Shown: positions 60,409 through 64,000 of the stretch, in pieces
How positions within the stretch are numbered: the first letter of the stretch is position 1
Layout of the letters: each line of letters starts with the position of its first letter
From: an uncultured delta proteobacterium
Lineage (GTDB): Bacteria > Desulfobacterota > Binatia > UBA9968
Assembly: GCA_963804165.1 (NCBI GenBank)
Contig: CAWDPO010000043.1
Location: 371,750-435,749 of the forward strand
Direction: 5' to 3'
Length of the DNA stretch: 64,000 bases
Translations under genes and position numbers: made by a program
Notes under the pieces: generated by a model
Database searches by the model: none
What the model was told of the DNA's origin: nothing
Seen by the model: the letters and a program-made list of their open reading frames with translations, nothing else

Positions 60409-60464
60409 TCCGTCGGTTGAGCGCGAGGGTTTATGTCCATCCGGGCAATGATCTTTTTCACGCC

Positions 60465-61427
60465 ATGAAAACTTTAGTCGCGTTCGTCATCTCGCTTTGG
60501 GTCTCCGGGGAGGTTCTCGCACACGCCGCCCCGCTCCGCCTATCTTACTCGATCATCGGCCCGCCGGTCGCCGGCGTCTGGATGACCCACGAGACCGGTG
60601 CCTTCAAGCGTTACGGCCTGGACGTCCAACTGGTTTACATTCCGTCGAGCGTCACCAACATCCAGGCGCTGCTCGGCGGCAGCCTGGACGTCGCCGTGCC
60701 CGGCATGAGCGGCGTCGTCCTGGCGGTGGCGCGTGGGGCGCAGGTGACCGCCATCGCCGCGACGATGAATCGCCCGCCGATGGTTCTCTACACCCAGCCG
60801 GAGATTGCCCGGACTGAACAACTGAAGGGCCAGACACTTGGCATCACGCGCTTCAATTCCACGGCGCATTCCGTGACGATGCTGATGATGCGCAAGCTCG
60901 GCTTGGCGCAGAGCGTAACCCTCCGACCGTTGGGCGGCGGTCCCGAAGTCCAGGCGGCGTTCGAGCAAAAGCAGATCGGCGGCATGGTGACCAGCGTGCG
61001 GCCGCGCACGCCGGCGAACTCCCTATTCAATGCGGCGGATTTGGAAATCCCGGTGGCCATGAACGTGTTCGCCGTGACCCCGGAATATCTGCAAAAAAAT
61101 TCACAATCAGCGGAGCGATTGCTCCGGGCGTACATCGAAGGCGTCGCGGCGATGAATCACGATCGGGACACCGCGTTGAAAGTCCTGGCCAAATATTTGA
61201 AGCGCAACGATCCGGCTTTTCTCGACGAAATGTACAAAGTGTCGGTCCAATTCACCGACCGAATCCCCCGAGTCGACCCGCGCACAGTAGCCACCGTGCT
61301 CGAATTCGAACCGGTCAAAGGCGTGGATGCGGAAACTTTGATTCCGAAAGTCATCGACAATAGCCTGGTCGATAGATTGGTCAAAGAGGGATTCATCGAA
61401 AAGGCTTTCGGCAGGCAAGTGCGCTGA
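60465..61427 (+). CDS. NMT1/SsuA-like ABC substrate-binding protein
   Basis: FKRYGLDVQLVYI and QLKGQTLGITRF motifs. Confidence 0.85.
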   Translation: MKTLVAFVISLWVSGEVLAHAAPLRLSYSIIGPPVAGVWMTHETGAFKRYGLDVQLVYIPSSVTNIQALLGGSLDVAVPGMSGVVLAVARGAQVTAIAATMNRPPMVLYTQPEIARTEQLKGQTLGITRFNSTAHSVTMLMMRKLGLAQSVTLRPLGGGPEVQAAFEQKQIGGMVTSVRPRTPANSLFNAADLEIPVAMNVFAVTPEYLQKNSQSAERLLRAYIEGVAAMNHDRDTALKVLAKYLKRNDPAFLDEMYKVSVQFTDRIPRVDPRTVATVLEFEPVKGVDAETLIPKVIDNSLVDRLVKEGFIEKAFGRQVR

Positions 61428-61601
61428 AGTGTCACGGGTTTCGCCCTAAGTAAGCGAATCTACGCCCCGCGGAATTTATACGAATTCGGACTGACCGACC
61501 CGCGTCGGAAATCCGCCGAGCAAACTGACGGCACGCGATCTCGTTGACGACAGTATCGTACGCGAGATACAAAAGGACGGGTTGTGCGCGAGCGCTGATC
61601 G

Positions 61602-62570
61602 ATGAGAGCAACCGTGAACACTGTGAAAACACTATTTTTCCTCGTCGCCCTATCCGTCGTATCTCCATCGATCAACGCCCAAGAGCTGAAAAAAGTCCGC
61701 ATCGGCTACCCGGCATTCAGTCTCACATTTCTCACCTTCTTCGTTGCCAAAGATGCCGGAATCTACAAGAAACACGGCCTGGACGTCGACATGGTCCAGA
61801 TGGCCGGCGCCGTTCAAACTTCCGCGCTGGTCGCGGGCGAAATCGATTATTTGACCGGGATCACCAGCCCGCTTGTCGCCGCCGCTCGTGGCCTGCCCTT
61901 CAAAGGCATCATGGTCACCCACGAGCGCACGCTCTTCTGGATCGTTGCCAATCCTGAAATTCGCCGCATCGAAGACCTGATCGGCAAGACAGTCGCGGTC
62001 GACCGACTGGCGACGCTCCAAGATATCGTCGCTCGCGATCTCGTCAAACGAAAAGGCGTCAACCCCGAACGCGTGACTTTCGTTCAAACCGGCTCAGTGT
62101 CGAACAGCGTACTATCGCTCAGTCAGGGGTCGGTGGCCGCGGCCGTGCTTTCTTTACCGCACAACGTCGTGATGACACAGAAAGGTTACCGAGAGCTCGC
62201 ATCGGCCATGGAATTTAACCAGCGTTCCGCTTCCGGCGGCATCGCCACGCGCGACGCTAAATTGAAGCAAGACCCTACCCAAGTGAAAGCCGTGTTGCGA
62301 GCGACTCTTGAAACCATGGAATTCAACCGCAAAGAAAAAAACTGGATGCTCAATTACATTCAAAGTAAATGGAAGCTTACGCCGAGGGTTGCCGAAGAAT
62401 CGTATCTAGCCTGGTTGAGCGGATTAACCTCGGACGGCAAGATCGCGCTGAAAGATCTTCAGGAGATCTATGATTCAGCGCTCGCTTCGCAGCTCATCCC
62501 TACGCCCGTGCCCGTGCCCAAGGTCATGGACTATTCTTATATCGATGAAGTCTTAAGAGAACGGAAATAG
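61602..62570 (+). CDS. NMT1/SsuA-like ABC substrate-binding protein
   Basis: AKDAGIYKKHGLDV and EDLIGKTVAV motifs. Confidence 0.85.
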   Translation: MRATVNTVKTLFFLVALSVVSPSINAQELKKVRIGYPAFSLTFLTFFVAKDAGIYKKHGLDVDMVQMAGAVQTSALVAGEIDYLTGITSPLVAAARGLPFKGIMVTHERTLFWIVANPEIRRIEDLIGKTVAVDRLATLQDIVARDLVKRKGVNPERVTFVQTGSVSNSVLSLSQGSVAAAVLSLPHNVVMTQKGYRELASAMEFNQRSASGGIATRDAKLKQDPTQVKAVLRATLETMEFNRKEKNWMLNYIQSKWKLTPRVAEESYLAWLSGLTSDGKIALKDLQEIYDSALASQLIPTPVPVPKVMDYSYIDEVLRERK

Positions 62571-62597
62571 TTCGAAGCCAAAACGAGGGAGTTGGAA

Positions 62598-63265
62598 ATG
62601 GCAAGCCAGGCATTTGTCGATTCTGTGGTGAAGGAAATCATACAACCCGGCGTCGACCGGTTGATGGAAGTGCCCTATTTCACTGAACTGCGCAGCGGCA
62701 AGCTATCGCCCAAACGCTTGCAAGGCTGGGCCCTACAACACTATTGCATAATGTCGCGCTACTCAAGGGCTTCGCGCTGTGCATGGTCAAGAACAGCCAT
62801 GATCCTGATTTGTTCAAATATTTTCTCTATCAGATGAACGAGGAGCAATATCATCCCGACCTTGCCAAGAAATTCGGCCTCGCCATTGGACTACAAGAAG
62901 AGGATTTTGCCAGGGCGATGCCGATTTTCGAGTGTCTGAGCCACACGGCAAAGACGATCCACGGCATGCTTTTGGGTTCGGCGTCGGAGAATCGCGCGGC
63001 CGCGCTGGTCAACGAAACGATGGTGTGTCGCTACTCGGAAGAGCATATCACCGCGCTGCGCAAGCATTACGGACTCAATGACAAAGCAATCCAATTTTTC
63101 ACCGTCCACGCAGTCGCGGATCAAGAGCATACCGCGATGGCCAGCGAAATCATCGCCAAGCACGCCGACAATGAACGTCAACAGGAACTGGTGCGCGATG
63201 CCGCGCGCCACATGGTGCGCTACAAGATCGCCAAGTTCGAAGGCATCTATAACGCGTATGCGTGA
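62598..63265 (+). CDS. Heme-oxygenase-like/TenA-PqqC-CADD superfamily iron-containing protein; one indel near 62745
   Basis: NEEQYH, E and FFTVHAVADQEH diiron-type ligands across two ORFs. Confidence 0.75.
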
Positions 63266-63372
63266 CGTGTTCGTGTTCGTGAAATGTGTTAGGCGAATGA
63301 GGAACACAATCACGTGTTACAAGCACGAGTCGTGACTAGAGATACTCCCGGAAATCAAGAAACCAAGGAAAC

Positions 63373-64000
63373 ATGGCGGCTTTAACCTTCGACCTCGGTT
63401 GCGGCGACTACGACATCGTGCGCCCGCTCAAAGACGGGCTCGTGCGCGCCGAGGGCATGGAGATCAATTTCATCACTATTAACCGACCGCCGGAAGTGCA
63501 CTGGCGTATGGGCGTGCATCATGAATTCGACGCAGCCGAAATGTCCTTCGGCAGCTTCGTGGCCGGCAAGGCGCGCGGTGATTTTCCCTTCGTCGGCATT
63601 CCGGCATTTGTCTATCGCAAGTTTCGCCATTCGTGTGCCTACGTCAACGTCAGCGCCGGAATCGAAAAACCCGATGACCTGAAAGGCAAACGCGTCGGCG
63701 TCCCTGAATGGCAAATGACCGCCACGGTCTGGCTCCGTGGTTTCATTCAAGACGATTACGGCGTCCGGCCGCGTGATATCAATTGGCTTACGGGTGGGCT
63801 CGAATCGTCGGAGCGCAAAGAAAAAGTATCGCTGACACTGCCGCCGGAGATCAAGATTGAGAATATCCCCGCGGGCAAGAATCTCTCGGACATGTTGGTT
63901 GCCGGCGAGATCGATGCATTGCTCAGCGCGCAGGTGCCGGCGCCATACGTCAAGCGCATGCCGCAGGTGCGCCGGTTGTTCGCCGATCCGCGCGCGGCCG
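63373..64000 (+). CDS. 4,5-dihydroxyphthalate decarboxylase-like / SBP-fold protein, 3'-partial
   Basis: Manual translation gives MAALTFDLGCGDYDIVRPLKDG...EFDAAEMS...IPAFVYRKFRHS...DLKGKRVGVPEWQMTATVWLRG; runs off the window. Confidence 0.8.
   Translation, partial: MAALTFDLGCGDYDIVRPLKDGLVRAEGMEINFITINRPPEVHWRMGVHHEFDAAEMSFGSFVAGKARGDFPFVGIPAFVYRKFRHSCAYVNVSAGIEKPDDLKGKRVGVPEWQMTATVWLRGFIQDDYGVRPRDINWLTGGLESSERKEKVSLTLPPEIKIENIPAGKNLSDMLVAGEIDALLSAQVPAPYVKRMPQVRRLFADPRAA

Noticed and set aside
603-62363. Long antisense or alternate-frame ORFs (for example 603-1349, 1431-2360, 14874-15755, 21123-22088, 58075-59070)
   Set aside because: They are shadows of GC-rich real genes, with Arg/Ala-rich composition and no family motifs.
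400-62750. Frameshifts at about 410, 14000-14075, 14885-14965, 16895, 42698, 45885-45950 and 62745 as programmed frameshifting or true pseudogenes
   Set aside because: They are single-base indels scattered over unrelated genes, several in homopolymers, with otherwise intact motifs and no consistent slippery site. Long-read error is the simpler explanation; read polishing would decide.

Overview
A GC-rich bacterial chromosomal window. Its many orphan NMT1/SsuA-like substrate-binding proteins, amidohydrolases, MFS transporters and TTT/TAXI receptors are reminiscent of soil Candidatus Binatia-type genomes (inference from gene content only). Scattered single-base indels suggest long-read assembly errors. 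I found no rRNA, tRNA, CRISPR array, integrase or intact transposase. The right three quarters is mostly metabolism and transport: a MoxR/DUF58/RDD/SpoIIM cluster, three tandem CBS paralogs, a tctCBA operon, a GT9 glycosyltransferase, and MITE/REP clusters between genes. The most unusual part is about 4.3-15.8 kb. There, cargo modules (hipBA, a TPR gene, two copies of an HI1419/HI1420-type TA locus, a Cys-cluster ORF, an SBP plus amidohydrolase) alternate with diverged duplicates of host-gene tails: four versions of a dipeptidase 3' end and two of an MFS segment. Many junctions carry a recurring AGAATC...CCTRACCCC motif. This looks like an integrase-free, possibly HUH/Y1-transposase-driven cassette-capture array, which is a hypothesis to test.
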